A stretch of 32,000 nt of DNA from Synechococcus elongatus PCC 6301 (GCF_000010065.1 NC_006576.1:300001-332000); one strand, 5' to 3'; shown: positions 1 through 9,863, numbered from the stretch's first letter. A program made the numbers and translations. The notes: generated by a model from the sequence alone, not told the origin.

Positions 1-1
1 C

Positions 2-430
2 GATCGCTGTCGTCGCATTGAACAGGCAGGCTGGGATCGCATCTATCGCGATGATTTAGATCAGCTTTCGCTAGTGGCGCGAGGGTTGGCCGACTGGAAT
101 GCTACGGAAGCCAGTATTCGCATGGGGCACATGAGGCTAGTAGAGCATTTTGCCGCCGTCTCAGGCTCCTACGTCCGCGAGAAACCGACGATTGATCGCT
201 ACGCAGAAGTGCTGACGATCATGGCGCGGGCAATCGCTTGGACTCAAGGTCGCAGTCCCCAGTCCGTCTCTAAACTCAGCCAACGGATTGCCAAGCTACA
301 AATCGGGCAGCCGATCAACGTCAGCGATCGCTATCTGGACTATCGCCAAAACCGGCGAAGTGCGATCGAGCAACTCACCTGTGACCTAACCAATCGTCTC
401 GAACAATCCATCCAAACCTCGACTCACTGA
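2..430 (+). CDS. Hypothetical protein, 5'-truncated by the window edge (C-terminal about 142 aa)
   Basis: The frame of the listed 74..430 ORF stays open back to nt 2 (DRCRRIEQAGWDRIYRDDLDQLSL...). The GTG at 74 is therefore probably internal. GC content and HIP1 sites are typical of the host. No motif recognised. Confidence 0.5.
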   Translation, partial: DRCRRIEQAGWDRIYRDDLDQLSLVARGLADWNATEASIRMGHMRLVEHFAAVSGSYVREKPTIDRYAEVLTIMARAIAWTQGRSPQSVSKLSQRIAKLQIGQPINVSDRYLDYRQNRRSAIEQLTCDLTNRLEQSIQTSTH

Positions 431-497
431 GTCCGTTCTGCAGTCCAGTCGAGTACGGAGATGGTCTCTCAGGCTGTCAGTCTTATTCGCTAGGGAA

Positions 498-2066
498 TTA
501 GAACAGTCGCCCTCGGCGGCCATCCGGCAGAATCGTCCACCAGTTCGTTTTCGCCATCTTTAGCTGCACCGGCGTCAGCTTGGCACCCCGCAAGTTAGCC
601 CCGCAAAGATTCGTGCCCCGCAGGTTGGCATTGCTCAAAATGGCATCGCTGAGATCTGCCTTCTGCAAATTGGCGAAACTGAGATCGGCGTTGCCAAAGT
701 AGGCCTGATGAAGATTGGCTCGTCGCAAATTGGCGCGGTGGAGATTGGCCTGACCAAAATCTGCACGCTCTAACTGAGCGGCAACAAAGAGCGATTCCTT
801 GAGTTGAGCCCCTTGAAAGTTGACGCTGGGCAACTGTGATTCACTCAGGTCAATCCGGTTGAGCGGTTGCTGACTAAAATCACGCCGTCCACGCTGGTAG
901 GTTGCCAGAATGTCACGGGCATTGAGGCTGAGTCGTCCAGCACTGTTATTGCCCGAGGTATTGCTCGTCCCACCTGTCCAAGCGGCGATTTGCTGTGCAT
1001 CTGCCAGTTGCTCAGGCCGATTGCCACTGCGATCGCGGCGTCGAGCGCGAATGGCCTCAGCTTGACGCTCTTGGGGTGAAGGATAGCCTGATCCGGTTCG
1101 TCCAGAGGAGGGTTTGATCGGCGGGGCACCTGGGGGCAAGGCACTGAGGCCCTGAATCAGACTGTCGTGGTAAGGCTGTAAATCCAGAGCCGTCATCACT
1201 TGCTCAGCTCGTTGGTAGCGATAGCGCACAGAAGCTGCCAACATCTTGCCGAGTACGGTTGCGAGGGCATCACTGACCTGCACCGAATTACGCCACAACA
1301 GCTCGCCAGTAACCGGGTTGTAATCCAGATCTTGAGGGCCTTTCCCGGTCATCAAGAACAGACAGGTCACTCCCAAGGAATAGAGATCGCTGCTGTAGAC
1401 AGGCCGCATGGCAAGTTGCTCGGGCGGCGCATAACCACGGGTGCCGACAGAGAAGGAGGTCAAGGCTGTCAGGCCACTGCCGCCCTGGATTTGACTGACT
1501 TGGTCTTTGACCGCGCCAAAGTCGATCAGGACAAGGCGGCGATCGATGTCGCGGCGGAGCAAATTCGCTGGCTTGATGTCCCGATGAATCACGCCTTGGT
1601 TATGCAAATACTGCAGGAGGGGCAGCAGTTCACTCAGGAATTGCTTGGTCGCTGTTTCGCTATAAACTCCCTGCTCCCGTACTTCCTGCTCAAGAGTTTT
1701 GCCCCGAATATATTCTTGAACTAGATAAAAGCCTTCGGGGGCTTCGAAATAATCCAACAGTGTCGGGACTTGGGGATGGCTGCCAATGCGGCCGAGGGTT
1801 TTGGCCTCCCGCCGGAATAGCTCCCGCGCCATCAGCATAATTTCAGGGTCTTGCACCTGGGGCAGCAGCTGCTTGATGACGCAGAGGGGTTCTCCTGGCA
1901 ACTGGAGGTCTTGCCCAAGATAGGTCGCTCCAAATCCACCCTGGCCGATCGCCTTGACCACGCGGTAGCGATCGCGCAGCAGGAGCGGTGAGCCGCAAGT
2001 GGCGCAGCTGCTGTTAGCGTCGTCGTTATTTGGCTGTCCGCAGTCTGGATTGAGACAGAGAGCCAT
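498..2066 (-). CDS. Ser/Thr protein kinase with an N-terminal 4-Cys motif and C-terminal pentapeptide repeats (SpkB-like architecture)
   Basis: Hanks kinase motifs are present: GQGGFGATY (G-loop), VIKQL (Lys), HRDIKPANLL (catalytic loop), DFG, GTRGYAPPE. The N-terminus reads CLNPDCGQPNN...CATCGSPL (Cys-x4-Cys ... Cys-x2-Cys). The C-terminal 130 aa or so is A(D/N)LxxA(N/D)L pentapeptide repeats. The ORF track starts at 2183, which leaves only 18 bp to divergent pheT. The ATG at 2066 (MALCLNPDC...) is the more plausible start. Confidence 0.9.
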   Translation of the reverse strand: MALCLNPDCGQPNNDDANSSCATCGSPLLLRDRYRVVKAIGQGGFGATYLGQDLQLPGEPLCVIKQLLPQVQDPEIMLMARELFRREAKTLGRIGSHPQVPTLLDYFEAPEGFYLVQEYIRGKTLEQEVREQGVYSETATKQFLSELLPLLQYLHNQGVIHRDIKPANLLRRDIDRRLVLIDFGAVKDQVSQIQGGSGLTALTSFSVGTRGYAPPEQLAMRPVYSSDLYSLGVTCLFLMTGKGPQDLDYNPVTGELLWRNSVQVSDALATVLGKMLAASVRYRYQRAEQVMTALDLQPYHDSLIQGLSALPPGAPPIKPSSGRTGSGYPSPQERQAEAIRARRRDRSGNRPEQLADAQQIAAWTGGTSNTSGNNSAGRLSLNARDILATYQRGRRDFSQQPLNRIDLSESQLPSVNFQGAQLKESLFVAAQLERADFGQANLHRANLRRANLHQAYFGNADLSFANLQKADLSDAILSNANLRGTNLCGANLRGAKLTPVQLKMAKTNWWTILPDGRRGRLF

Positions 2067-2201
2067 GAGCAGGGTGCAGGGAAGAACCAGATCTTCTACA
2101 GTTGCATCCACTTTAGCGGCGATCGCGGCTTCGCAAAGCCCTCCACCCTTTGCCGATAGAATGATTGAGCCGAAACGGGGCACTCAAGGAAGGCGGTTAG
2201 C

Positions 2202-4637
2202 ATGCGGATATCCCTGAACTGGTTGCGCGAGCTGGTCCAGGTTGACCTCGAGCCCGAGGTGCTCGCGGAAAAACTGACCCTAGCGGGTTTTGAAGTTGAA
2301 GAAATCGAAGACCGCCGCACTTGGGCCGCCGGGGTTGTCGTGGGTCGGGTCTTGGAACGCGAACAGCACCCAAATGCCGATCGCCTCAGTGTTTGTCAGG
2401 TGGAGATTGGCCAAGCAGAACCAGTCACGATCGTCTGTGGTGCCAGTAACGTCCGAGCAGATATCTGGGTCGCTGTCGCCACCTTGGGCAGCTATTTACC
2501 CTGCATTGACCTCAAGCTAAAGCCGACCAAACTGCGGGGTGTGCGATCGGAGGGCATGATTTGCTCTCTGTCTGAGCTAGGACTGACCAAAGAATCAGAA
2601 GGCATCCACATCTTCCCTGAGGATGCAGGCTTACAAGCGGGGCAGCCCGTTGGCCCCCTGCTGGGGCTGGATGATGTTGTCCTCGATTTAACCTCAACGG
2701 CGAATCGGGCTGATGCCCTGAGCCTGATCGGGATCGCGCGGGAGGTGCGGGCCTTAACTGCGGCTACCCTGACGCTACCTGAGGTGGGAACTGCAGACCT
2801 ATCCCGAACTACCCTGTCTTGGCGATCTCTCTACAAAGTGAAGCCTGGAAGCCACTACAGCGGCACGATCATCGAAGGGGTGACGATCGCGCCCTCGCCG
2901 GAGTGGTTGCAAAAGCGGCTGCAACTGGCCGGGATTCGCACGATTAATAATGTCGTCGACATTACCAACTACATCCTGTTGGAGTACGGTCAGCCGCTCC
3001 ACGCCTTCGACCGTCAGAAACTGCAAGCGATCGCGGGCAGTAGCGATCTTGCGATCGGGGTGCGATCGGCCCAAGCCGGTGAAACGCTGAAGACCCTAGA
3101 CGATCAGGAACGGACGCTAGCCGAAGCCGCTCTGGTAATTACGGCGGGTGATTGCCCAGTGGCCTTAGCAGGCGTCATGGGCGGTGCTGACAGCGAGGTT
3201 AGCCAAGAAACCACCCAACTCCTGTTGGAGGCCGCTTGGTTTGAACCGATCGCTGTGCGTCGGTCAGCTCGGAGCCAAGGGCTGCGCACCGAAGCCTCAG
3301 CTCGCTATGAGCGTGGGGTCAATGTGACAGAACTGCCGATCGCGACGCAACGGGCGATCGATCTGTTACTACAAATCGCTGGCGGTACTGTCATCAGCCA
3401 AACAGTGGCGACCACCACGCAAACTGAACCGGAGCACAGCATCACCCTGCGCCTCCAGCGGATTAATGAATTGCTTGGCCCTGTTCAAGCAGAAGACGAG
3501 GAACTGAAAGATCTCGGTGCCGATGATATTGAGCGGTTGCTAACCGCGATCGGCTGTCATCTAACCTTGGTGGATGATGCGGTTTGGCAAGTCCGCGTGC
3601 CACCCTATCGCTACCGCGATCTAGAGCGTGAGATCGACCTGATTGAGGAAGTGGCTCGCCTCTACGGGTACGACAACTTTGGCGAAACCCTACCACCACT
3701 GGGCAGTGACGAAGGAGCGCTTTCAATCGATGAAAGTCTGCGCCGCCAAATTCGGGCCGTCTGTCGGGGCGTCGGCCTGACGGAATTACAGCATTACTCC
3801 CTAGTCAAACCCGGTAGCGATCGCCAAGTCCATCTGGCTAATCCGCTACTGGCGGAATATTCCGCCCTGCGGCTCGATTTGCTCAGTGGTCTGATCGATG
3901 CCTTCCAGTACAACTGGGAGCAGGGTAATGGTCCACTCTGGGGCTTTGAAATCGGTCGCATTTTCTGGCGGGAAGAGGATGGCTTCTTCGAGGCCGATCG
4001 CATGGGCGGCATTCTTGGCGGTGATCCCAGCCGAGGCCGTTGGCAGCGCGGGGGCAAAGAGCAGGCGATCGACTGGTATGCCGCTAAAGGGGTCTTGGAA
4101 GAAATCTTTGAGCGCTTTGGCCTCACGATTGAGTTTCAGCCCGATCGCCAAGACGATCGCTTCCATCCAGGTCGCACTGCTTCGCTCTGGCTGCAGGGTG
4201 ATCGCCTCGGACGTTTTGGTCAGCTTCACCCATCACTCTGCGAGGGGCGGGGTCTGCCAGCAGAGGTCTACGCCTTTGAGCTGGATCTCGATGTCTGGCT
4301 CGACCACCTCGATCAACCAGAACGGCAAGTACCGCGCTTCCAGCCTTATAGCAGCTTCCCTGCCAGCGATCGCGATTTGGCTTTCTTCGTCGATCAGTCT
4401 GTGACTGTGGCGGAATTGGAGCGGATCATTCGCCGTCAGGGTGGAGCCCTCCTCAGCGAAGTCGAGCTATTCGACCAATATTGCGGTGAGCATGTGCCGG
4501 AGAACCAGCGCAGTTTGGCCTTCCGTCTCACCTATCGGGCGAGCGATCGCACCCTGACTGAGGCAGAAGTGGAGCCGGTGCACGATCAGGTGCGACAGTC
4601 CCTCGTCGAACGCTTCCGCGTCACCCTACGCAGCTAA
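2202..4637 (+). CDS. pheT: Phenylalanine--tRNA ligase beta subunit
   Basis: 811 aa. The N-terminus [12 protein letters not shown]... shows tRNA-binding domain signature, followed by B3/4 and B5 regions and a C-terminal FDX-ACB-like end (DLAFFVD..., [10 protein letters not shown]...SLAFRLTYR). Length and order are typical of PheT. Confidence 0.95.
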   Translation: MRISLNWLRELVQVDLEPEVLAEKLTLAGFEVEEIEDRRTWAAGVVVGRVLEREQHPNADRLSVCQVEIGQAEPVTIVCGASNVRADIWVAVATLGSYLPCIDLKLKPTKLRGVRSEGMICSLSELGLTKESEGIHIFPEDAGLQAGQPVGPLLGLDDVVLDLTSTANRADALSLIGIAREVRALTAATLTLPEVGTADLSRTTLSWRSLYKVKPGSHYSGTIIEGVTIAPSPEWLQKRLQLAGIRTINNVVDITNYILLEYGQPLHAFDRQKLQAIAGSSDLAIGVRSAQAGETLKTLDDQERTLAEAALVITAGDCPVALAGVMGGADSEVSQETTQLLLEAAWFEPIAVRRSARSQGLRTEASARYERGVNVTELPIATQRAIDLLLQIAGGTVISQTVATTTQTEPEHSITLRLQRINELLGPVQAEDEELKDLGADDIERLLTAIGCHLTLVDDAVWQVRVPPYRYRDLEREIDLIEEVARLYGYDNFGETLPPLGSDEGALSIDESLRRQIRAVCRGVGLTELQHYSLVKPGSDRQVHLANPLLAEYSALRLDLLSGLIDAFQYNWEQGNGPLWGFEIGRIFWREEDGFFEADRMGGILGGDPSRGRWQRGGKEQAIDWYAAKGVLEEIFERFGLTIEFQPDRQDDRFHPGRTASLWLQGDRLGRFGQLHPSLCEGRGLPAEVYAFELDLDVWLDHLDQPERQVPRFQPYSSFPASDRDLAFFVDQSVTVAELERIIRRQGGALLSEVELFDQYCGEHVPENQRSLAFRLTYRASDRTLTEAEVEPVHDQVRQSLVERFRVTLRS

Positions 4638-4779
4638 AACAGTCCTAAAGTGATCGCTATCAGCCTCTCTCCAGTAACGAGGGAGAGTCCTTGCTGGCGA
4701 TCGCCTTGCCAATTTTTGCGACCCCCCTGCGGGGATCAAAAGTCTCCCTCACAATAGGAGCAGGTTGCCCAAGGCGGCC

Positions 4780-6864
4780 ATGGATACTCCTCGGCTTCAT
4801 CCCGAAACGATCGCAGCAGTCAAAGAACGGGCCGATATCGTCGATATCGTCTCGGAACAAGTCGTGCTGAAAAAGCGCGGCAAGGATTTTGTCGGCCTCT
4901 GCCCGTTCCACGACGATAAATCGCCGAGCTTCACTGTCAGTCCGGCTAAGCAGTTCTACTACTGCTTTAGTTGCGGCGCCGGCGGCAATCCGATCAAGTT
5001 CCTGATGGAGCTAGGCAAGCAGTCCTTTAGCGAAGTTGTCCTCGATCTCGCGAAGCGCTACCAAGTTCCGGTTCGTACCCTCGAAGTTCAGCAACATCAA
5101 GAGCTGCAACGCCAGCTCAGCCGCCGCGAACGCCTCTACGAAGTTTTAGCTGTCGCGACCCAGTTTTACGAGCAGTCGCTGCGCCGACCAGAAGGTGCGG
5201 CAGCCTTGGATTACCTCAGGCGATCGCGGCAACTCCAAGAGTCCACCATTCAGAAATTTCAGCTCGGCTATGCGCCAGCCCAGTGGGCCAGTCTGGCAAC
5301 CCATTTGATTGAGCAGAAGCGCTTTCCTGCTGACTTGGTCGAAGAAGCCGGTTTAGTCGTGGCGCGGCGCAATGGCCAGGGCTACTACGATCGCTTCCGC
5401 GATCGCCTGATGATTCCCATCCATGACCTGCAGGGGCGGGTCGTGGGCTTCGGTGGCCGCACGCTGACCGGTGAAGAGCCGAAGTATCTCAACTCGCCCG
5501 AGACCACGCTCTTTGAGAAGGGCAAGCTACTCTTCGGGTTGGACAAAGCCCGCGCTGCGATCGCCAAGCAGGATCAAGCTGTCGTCGTTGAAGGCTACTT
5601 CGATGTGATCGCCCTGCATGCAGCAGGCATCGATCATGCGGTGGCTTCCCTCGGAACGGCCCTCAGTCGCCAGCAGGTCAAGCTGCTCTCGCGCTACAGC
5701 GAATCCAATCAGATCGTGCTCAATTTCGACGCCGATCGCGCTGGTGCTAAGGCGGCAGAACGGGCGATCGGGGAAGTTGAAGATCTGGCCTATCAAGGAC
5801 AGGTACAGCTGCGGGTCCTCAATCTGCCTGGCGGTAAGGATGCTGACGAATACCTACAGCGTCACAGTGTCGCCGACTATCGTGAGCTACTGGCGCGATC
5901 GCCCCTCTGGTTAGATTGGCAGATCGATCAACTGCTGCGCGATCGCAACCTCGATCAGGCCGATCAGTTTCAAGCCGTCGTTCAAGCGATCGTGCAACTG
6001 CTGGGCAAGCTGCCCAACACACCTCTACGCACCCACTACGTTCACCAAGTCGCCGAGCGCCTCAGTCAGGGTGAAGCCCGAACTGCTGTTCAGCTTGCCT
6101 CAGACCTGCGGGCACAAGTGCGGGGTCAACGTTGGCATGGTCAGGCTAGCCGCTGGGAGAAACCGGGCGATGACAGCATTCGGGAGCAAGCGGAAGCGCA
6201 GATTCTCAAGGTCTATCTCCATTGCCCACGCTTGCGCTTGGCTGTCCGCAAAACCCTCCACGATCGCGAAATTCAAGGTTTTAGCCTGCAGCCCCACCGT
6301 TTGCTCTGGCAGGCGATTGCTGAAATAGAAGAAGCGCACCTTGGCTTTGCAGCCATGTATCAAGTCGAGCGAGGGGAAGGCAACGGTGACGACTTAGCAG
6401 CGATCGACCTCGTGCCGATTCTGCGCGATCGCCTCGATCAACTCACAGGAGTTTCCCTCGGTGGCTTCTTGGAACTGAGTGAAAATGACCACGCCGATCT
6501 CACCCATCCACTGCCGTTGTTACGGGGTGCTGTGGCCTTGGTGGAACGACTGCGCTGCGAAAAACGTTGCCGCCATTTGCTTGACTCTTGGGCACGCCAG
6601 AGTATTCACACCTTTGAACATTGCATTGAGCAACTGCTGCAAGCAGGCATTGGGGAGGATGTTGATGCTGAGGCGCAGATTACCGCTCTGCACGAACAGC
6701 TCAACCAAGAGGCGCTTCACTTCCAAAAGCTTTACTACAACGAGCGCCGCTATCTACAGCAACTCGATCAAGAACGCTGCCTGAATCCCCAAGCATTCTT
6801 GGGCATGACAGAGCACGATGCTACTGCGATCGCCCCGACCACTCCCCAGCCGATTTCTGCCTAA
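4780..6864 (+). CDS. dnaG: DNA primase
   Basis: Zinc-ribbon CPFHDDKSPSFTVS...YYCFSCGAGGNPIKFL. TOPRIM segment VVVEGYFDVIALHAAG ... NFDADRAGAKAA. The track start at 4765 is TTG; the ATG at 4780 (MDTPRLHPETI) is preferred. The long C-terminal extension fits cyanobacterial DnaG. Confidence 0.93.
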   Translation: MDTPRLHPETIAAVKERADIVDIVSEQVVLKKRGKDFVGLCPFHDDKSPSFTVSPAKQFYYCFSCGAGGNPIKFLMELGKQSFSEVVLDLAKRYQVPVRTLEVQQHQELQRQLSRRERLYEVLAVATQFYEQSLRRPEGAAALDYLRRSRQLQESTIQKFQLGYAPAQWASLATHLIEQKRFPADLVEEAGLVVARRNGQGYYDRFRDRLMIPIHDLQGRVVGFGGRTLTGEEPKYLNSPETTLFEKGKLLFGLDKARAAIAKQDQAVVVEGYFDVIALHAAGIDHAVASLGTALSRQQVKLLSRYSESNQIVLNFDADRAGAKAAERAIGEVEDLAYQGQVQLRVLNLPGGKDADEYLQRHSVADYRELLARSPLWLDWQIDQLLRDRNLDQADQFQAVVQAIVQLLGKLPNTPLRTHYVHQVAERLSQGEARTAVQLASDLRAQVRGQRWHGQASRWEKPGDDSIREQAEAQILKVYLHCPRLRLAVRKTLHDREIQGFSLQPHRLLWQAIAEIEEAHLGFAAMYQVERGEGNGDDLAAIDLVPILRDRLDQLTGVSLGGFLELSENDHADLTHPLPLLRGAVALVERLRCEKRCRHLLDSWARQSIHTFEHCIEQLLQAGIGEDVDAEAQITALHEQLNQEALHFQKLYYNERRYLQQLDQERCLNPQAFLGMTEHDATAIAPTTPQPISA

Positions 6865-6873
6865 GGTGCATCT

Positions 6874-7242
6874 CTAGCGACACTCTTGTAAGTGATCGAG
6901 GGCGTTTTGATAAAGCGCCACAATGTGATGATCCTGTAGCTGGTAGTAGACATGCCGCCCTTGCTTGCGATAGCTCACCAGCCGCAGATTACGGAGCGAT
7001 CGCAATTGGTGAGACACCGCCGATTCGGAAACACCAATTGCCTGGGCCAAATCCCCAACACAGAGCTCCGATCGCGCTAACAGGGACAGCAACCGCAGTC
7101 GATTTGGATCGGCCAGCACTGCAAAAAATTCGGCTAGCGATTGGGCAACTTCGGGTGCGATCGCTTGAAGCTCCGAGGCGATCGCCGCATGAGTCCCTTG
7201 GCAGACTACCGTCTCTCCGTCCTGCAGCACTGGTTTTGTCAT
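6874..7242 (-). CDS. smtB: Zn-responsive ArsR/SmtB-family repressor SmtB
   Basis: 122 aa: [26 protein letters not shown]...[26 protein letters not shown] (wHTH) ...[19 protein letters not shown] (alpha5 metal-site residues). It matches my recollection of SmtB and lies divergent from smtA. Confidence 0.97.
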
Positions 7243-7273
7243 GAGCCAATCACGGTTTGTCCACCCACCATAC

Positions 7274-7326
7274 CTGAATCAAGATTCAGATGTTAGGCTA
7301 AACACATGAACAGTTATTCAGATATT
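7274..7326. promoter_or_regulatory. smt operator-promoter: SmtB-binding inverted repeats
   Basis: Perfect 7-2-7 inverted repeat CTGAATC-AA-GATTCAG at 7274..7289. A 6-2-6 core TGAACA-GT-TATTCA at 7307..7320 sits inside an imperfect 12-2-12 at about 7301..7326. Both follow the pattern TGAA-N6-TTCA and lie between divergent smtB (start 7242) and smtA (start 7343). Confidence 0.85.
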
Positions 7327-7342
7327 CAAAGGAGTTGCTGTC

Positions 7343-7513
7343 ATGACCTCAACAACCTTGGTCAAATGCGCTTGTGAGCCCTGTCTCTGCAACGTCGATC
7401 CCAGCAAAGCGATCGATCGCAACGGTCTGTACTACTGCAGCGAAGCCTGTGCCGATGGCCACACCGGTGGTAGCAAAGGCTGCGGCCACACCAGCTGTAA
7501 CTGCCACGGCTAA
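7343..7513 (+). CDS. smtA: Class II metallothionein SmtA (56 aa; below the ORF-track size cutoff)
   Basis: My own translation gives MTSTTLVKCACEPCLCNVDPSKAIDRNGLYYCSEACADGHTGGSKGCGHTSCNCHG*. AGGAG lies 8 nt upstream of the ATG. The Cys/His pattern is that of bacterial metallothionein. Confidence 0.97.
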   Translation: MTSTTLVKCACEPCLCNVDPSKAIDRNGLYYCSEACADGHTGGSKGCGHTSCNCHG

Positions 7514-7544
7514 TCAACTGTTTCCCTGCTAATCCCCCATCAAT

Positions 7545-7590
7545 CGAAAACCGCTGGCTCCTCAATCATGGGCCAGCGGTTGATTATTTA
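7545..7590. terminator. Bidirectional intrinsic terminator between convergent smtA and the pmbA-like gene
   Basis: Perfect 10-bp stem AACCGCTGGC (7549..7558) / GCCAGCGGTT (7572..7581) with a 13-nt loop. It is flanked by AAAA upstream and GATTATTTAT downstream, so each strand has a U-rich tail. Confidence 0.7.
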
Positions 7591-7621
7591 TAGGAGGTGC
7601 GATCGCGCAGCCTTACAACCC

Positions 7622-8968
7622 CTACTCGCCGGTGATCGAGAGACCTTCGACCCAAACAGCCGGCGAAATCCCACCGGGCGTGATCTGGGCGATCGCATCG
7701 ACTTGGACGATATTGCGCAACAGTTCCCGAAAATCGCCTGCAGCGGTTGCTGATTCGATGCTGACGCGATCGCCTTGATTGACCAACCAGCCATCAAAGG
7801 GCAGCGAGAACGAGCCTTGCAAGGACTGAACACCCGCATGGAGCGCTTGCAGATCATCGATCAAGATCACAGACTCGGCCGTATCGAGGCTCAGTTCCGA
7901 TCGTGCTTCCGCGGCTTCGACTACCCCAAAGTGGGGGCTAACGGTGACTTTAGCCCCAAGGTTGGCGTGACCGGTCGGGCTGGCACCCAGTCGCTTAGCC
8001 GTCCCCGCACTATGCAAGAAATTTTTGAGTACACCGGCTTCAATCAACGGGAGCCGGCGAGTCGGAGTCCCTTCACCGTCAAAAGCTGTCGCCCCCCCAT
8101 TAGATGGATGACGGGCATCGTCGTAGAGATTCAACAGCGGCGAGGCGATCGCCGTTCCCAAGGATTCTGGCGTCGAGAGGCTCTGGCGATCGAGCACACT
8201 CTGGGCATTGAACAAGTTGGAAAAGGCTCCTAGCAGTTGTAGAAACGCTTCTGGTGAGAAGCAGACCAAGTATTTCCCTGAAGTGATCGGGCGGTAGTCG
8301 AGGTGACTGATCGTTTTCTCTGCTGTCTCAGTAACGCAGCCACTGAAATCGAGATCGGCCAAGCGGTGCGCCATCCGAAACGCCCCCGCACTGCGCGGCT
8401 TGCGATCGGCCTGCTCGGTCTTGCTGTAGAGGTAGAGCGAAGCGTAGCTGCCTTTCTCCGATCGCAAGGCCCCAGCGCTATTCAGATAGAAACCCTCACT
8501 GCGTCGACGCGCCAAACCGTTGTAGGGCACTGCCGCAATCGCGGGATGACTGGCGAGCAACTGCTGCTCAGCCTCAGCCAAGGCAGCAATCAGCTCGGGC
8601 ACCGCTTCGATGTCGTAGTTGGGAATCTCCAGCGGCTCTAGCGGTACAGTCGCCTCGGGGCTGAAGTCCGGCGCGTGCTCACGAATCCCGAACTGGCTGG
8701 CTTCCAAAGCCGTTTGCAGCGCCAGCTCTAAGCCCGGCAGATCGCTCTCACTGGTGGACGTGACGCCAACCTGTCCTTGCTCATTCCAGACGCGAACTGT
8801 GACGCCCGATCGCTGGGAGGCTTTGACCTGTTTGGGGTCGCCCTTCTCGACCTGCACGCTGGTCTCTTCGACGGCAGAACCAGAGACATCGTATTGAGCA
8901 ATGCCCAAGCGTCGGGCACTTTCACTCACTTGTTCGGCAAGGCGATCGATGGCCAGGGGCATAGTCAC
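7622..8968 (-). CDS. pmbA: TldD/PmbA-family metalloprotease (PmbA/TldE-like)
   Basis: 448 aa, typical PmbA length. The N-terminus reads ...VSESARRLGIAQYDVSGSAVEETSVQVEKGDPKQV...GVTVRVW and the C-terminus reads GGISPAVWVEGLSITGE, resembling the PmbA_TldD family. Assignment is by recollection of family features only. Confidence 0.8.
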   Translation of the reverse strand: MTMPLAIDRLAEQVSESARRLGIAQYDVSGSAVEETSVQVEKGDPKQVKASQRSGVTVRVWNEQGQVGVTSTSESDLPGLELALQTALEASQFGIREHAPDFSPEATVPLEPLEIPNYDIEAVPELIAALAEAEQQLLASHPAIAAVPYNGLARRRSEGFYLNSAGALRSEKGSYASLYLYSKTEQADRKPRSAGAFRMAHRLADLDFSGCVTETAEKTISHLDYRPITSGKYLVCFSPEAFLQLLGAFSNLFNAQSVLDRQSLSTPESLGTAIASPLLNLYDDARHPSNGGATAFDGEGTPTRRLPLIEAGVLKNFLHSAGTAKRLGASPTGHANLGAKVTVSPHFGVVEAAEARSELSLDTAESVILIDDLQALHAGVQSLQGSFSLPFDGWLVNQGDRVSIESATAAGDFRELLRNIVQVDAIAQITPGGISPAVWVEGLSITGE

Positions 8969-9188
8969 ACAAGAAAAACGCTGAGAAGAGCCGCAGAAGC
9001 TCCTGCTCCTAGTGTATGGATTCTGGAGCGGCGGCGGGGTGCGAGTCGGCTTACCAGAGGGGTAATGACTGCAAACCTGAAATTATTTTGTGAATGTAGG
9101 GAAAGAGACAAATCTACATGAATCAATCGTTTTGAATAAAGCAACCGCAATGTGTCTGCGGCTATTCCACGTCTCTACCCAAGCTTTT

Positions 9189-9217
9189 CCCCGCTCAGCG
9201 ATGGCGGGGTTTTTCTT
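9189..9217 (+). terminator. Orphan plus-strand intrinsic terminator with no plus-strand gene upstream
   Basis: CCCCGC (9189..9194), loop tcagcgatg, GCGGGG (9204..9209), then TTTTTCTT. The U-tract exists only for a plus-strand transcript; on the minus strand the stem is followed by AAAAGC. Confidence 0.45.
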
Positions 9218-9268
9218 GGCCAAATCCATCAGCGCGATCGCCTATTTCTCTCCTCTCAGCCCGGAAGT

Positions 9269-9775
9269 TCAGTCTGAATCAGCCGCTTCCATCAATGCTG
9301 TGAGCCGAGGCAATAACTGCTCAAGTTCCTCTTCTTGCCATTCCTCACCGCTCGGTTGATTGGGATGCGGTTGCAATCGCGGTGGACTGAATCCTGCAGC
9401 GGCTTCTACCCCATCCGCCACGGCATACTGAAAGCCCTCGAAGAACCAAGCCTCTTCATCAAAGTCCGTGATATCGATCGCATCGGGATTGGCGATCGCC
9501 GTTTCGTAGGCTGCTTGCCCCCGTGAGATCAACGAAGCGCGAAAGACGCTAAATGCATCATCACTGCAGCCACCCTGCAGCAAATAGGCTGCGCCCCAAA
9601 GCGACCAATCGTAGGCTCGATCCATCAAGGCATCAAAGTGCTGACTAAAAGCGATCGCCTCTTCCGCACTCAGACTCGCAGGCTGTGTTTGCAAGCGATC
9701 GCACTTGGCCTCCATATCGCCATCACTGCGATCGTGCACGTCTTGAATGATGGCCCAGAAATCTTTGAGATCCAT
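9269..9775 (-). CDS. DUF4240-like hypothetical protein
   Basis: MDLKDFWAIIQDV...WGAAYLLQGGCSDDAFSVFRASLISRG resembles the DUF4240 signature. The track start at 9811 is TTG; the ATG at 9775 is preferred. Confidence 0.65.
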   Translation of the reverse strand: MDLKDFWAIIQDVHDRSDGDMEAKCDRLQTQPASLSAEEAIAFSQHFDALMDRAYDWSLWGAAYLLQGGCSDDAFSVFRASLISRGQAAYETAIANPDAIDITDFDEEAWFFEGFQYAVADGVEAAAGFSPPRLQPHPNQPSGEEWQEEELEQLLPRLTALMEAADSD

Positions 9776-9863
9776 TATTTCGCGCCTGAAAGCAGCACCT
9801 AGATTGCCCAAGTATTCCTAGAGCGATCGCATGATAATGAACAGAGCCCTCTAAAAGTTAGCG

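Noticed and set aside
845-1724. Several 70-174-aa ORFs on both strands inside the kinase gene
   Set aside because: They are nested in a gene with complete kinase motifs. Such shadow ORFs are typical of high-GC DNA.
4660-4911. 83-aa minus-strand ORF spanning the pheT-dnaG spacer
   Set aside because: It overlaps the well-supported dnaG N-terminus (zinc-ribbon region) in antisense. No motif or SD was seen.
7362-7565. 67-aa Cys/Arg-rich minus-strand ORF
   Set aside because: It lies antisense to smtA. Its Cys/Arg richness is a by-product of complementing Cys/Gly/Ala codons, and it runs through the bidirectional terminator.
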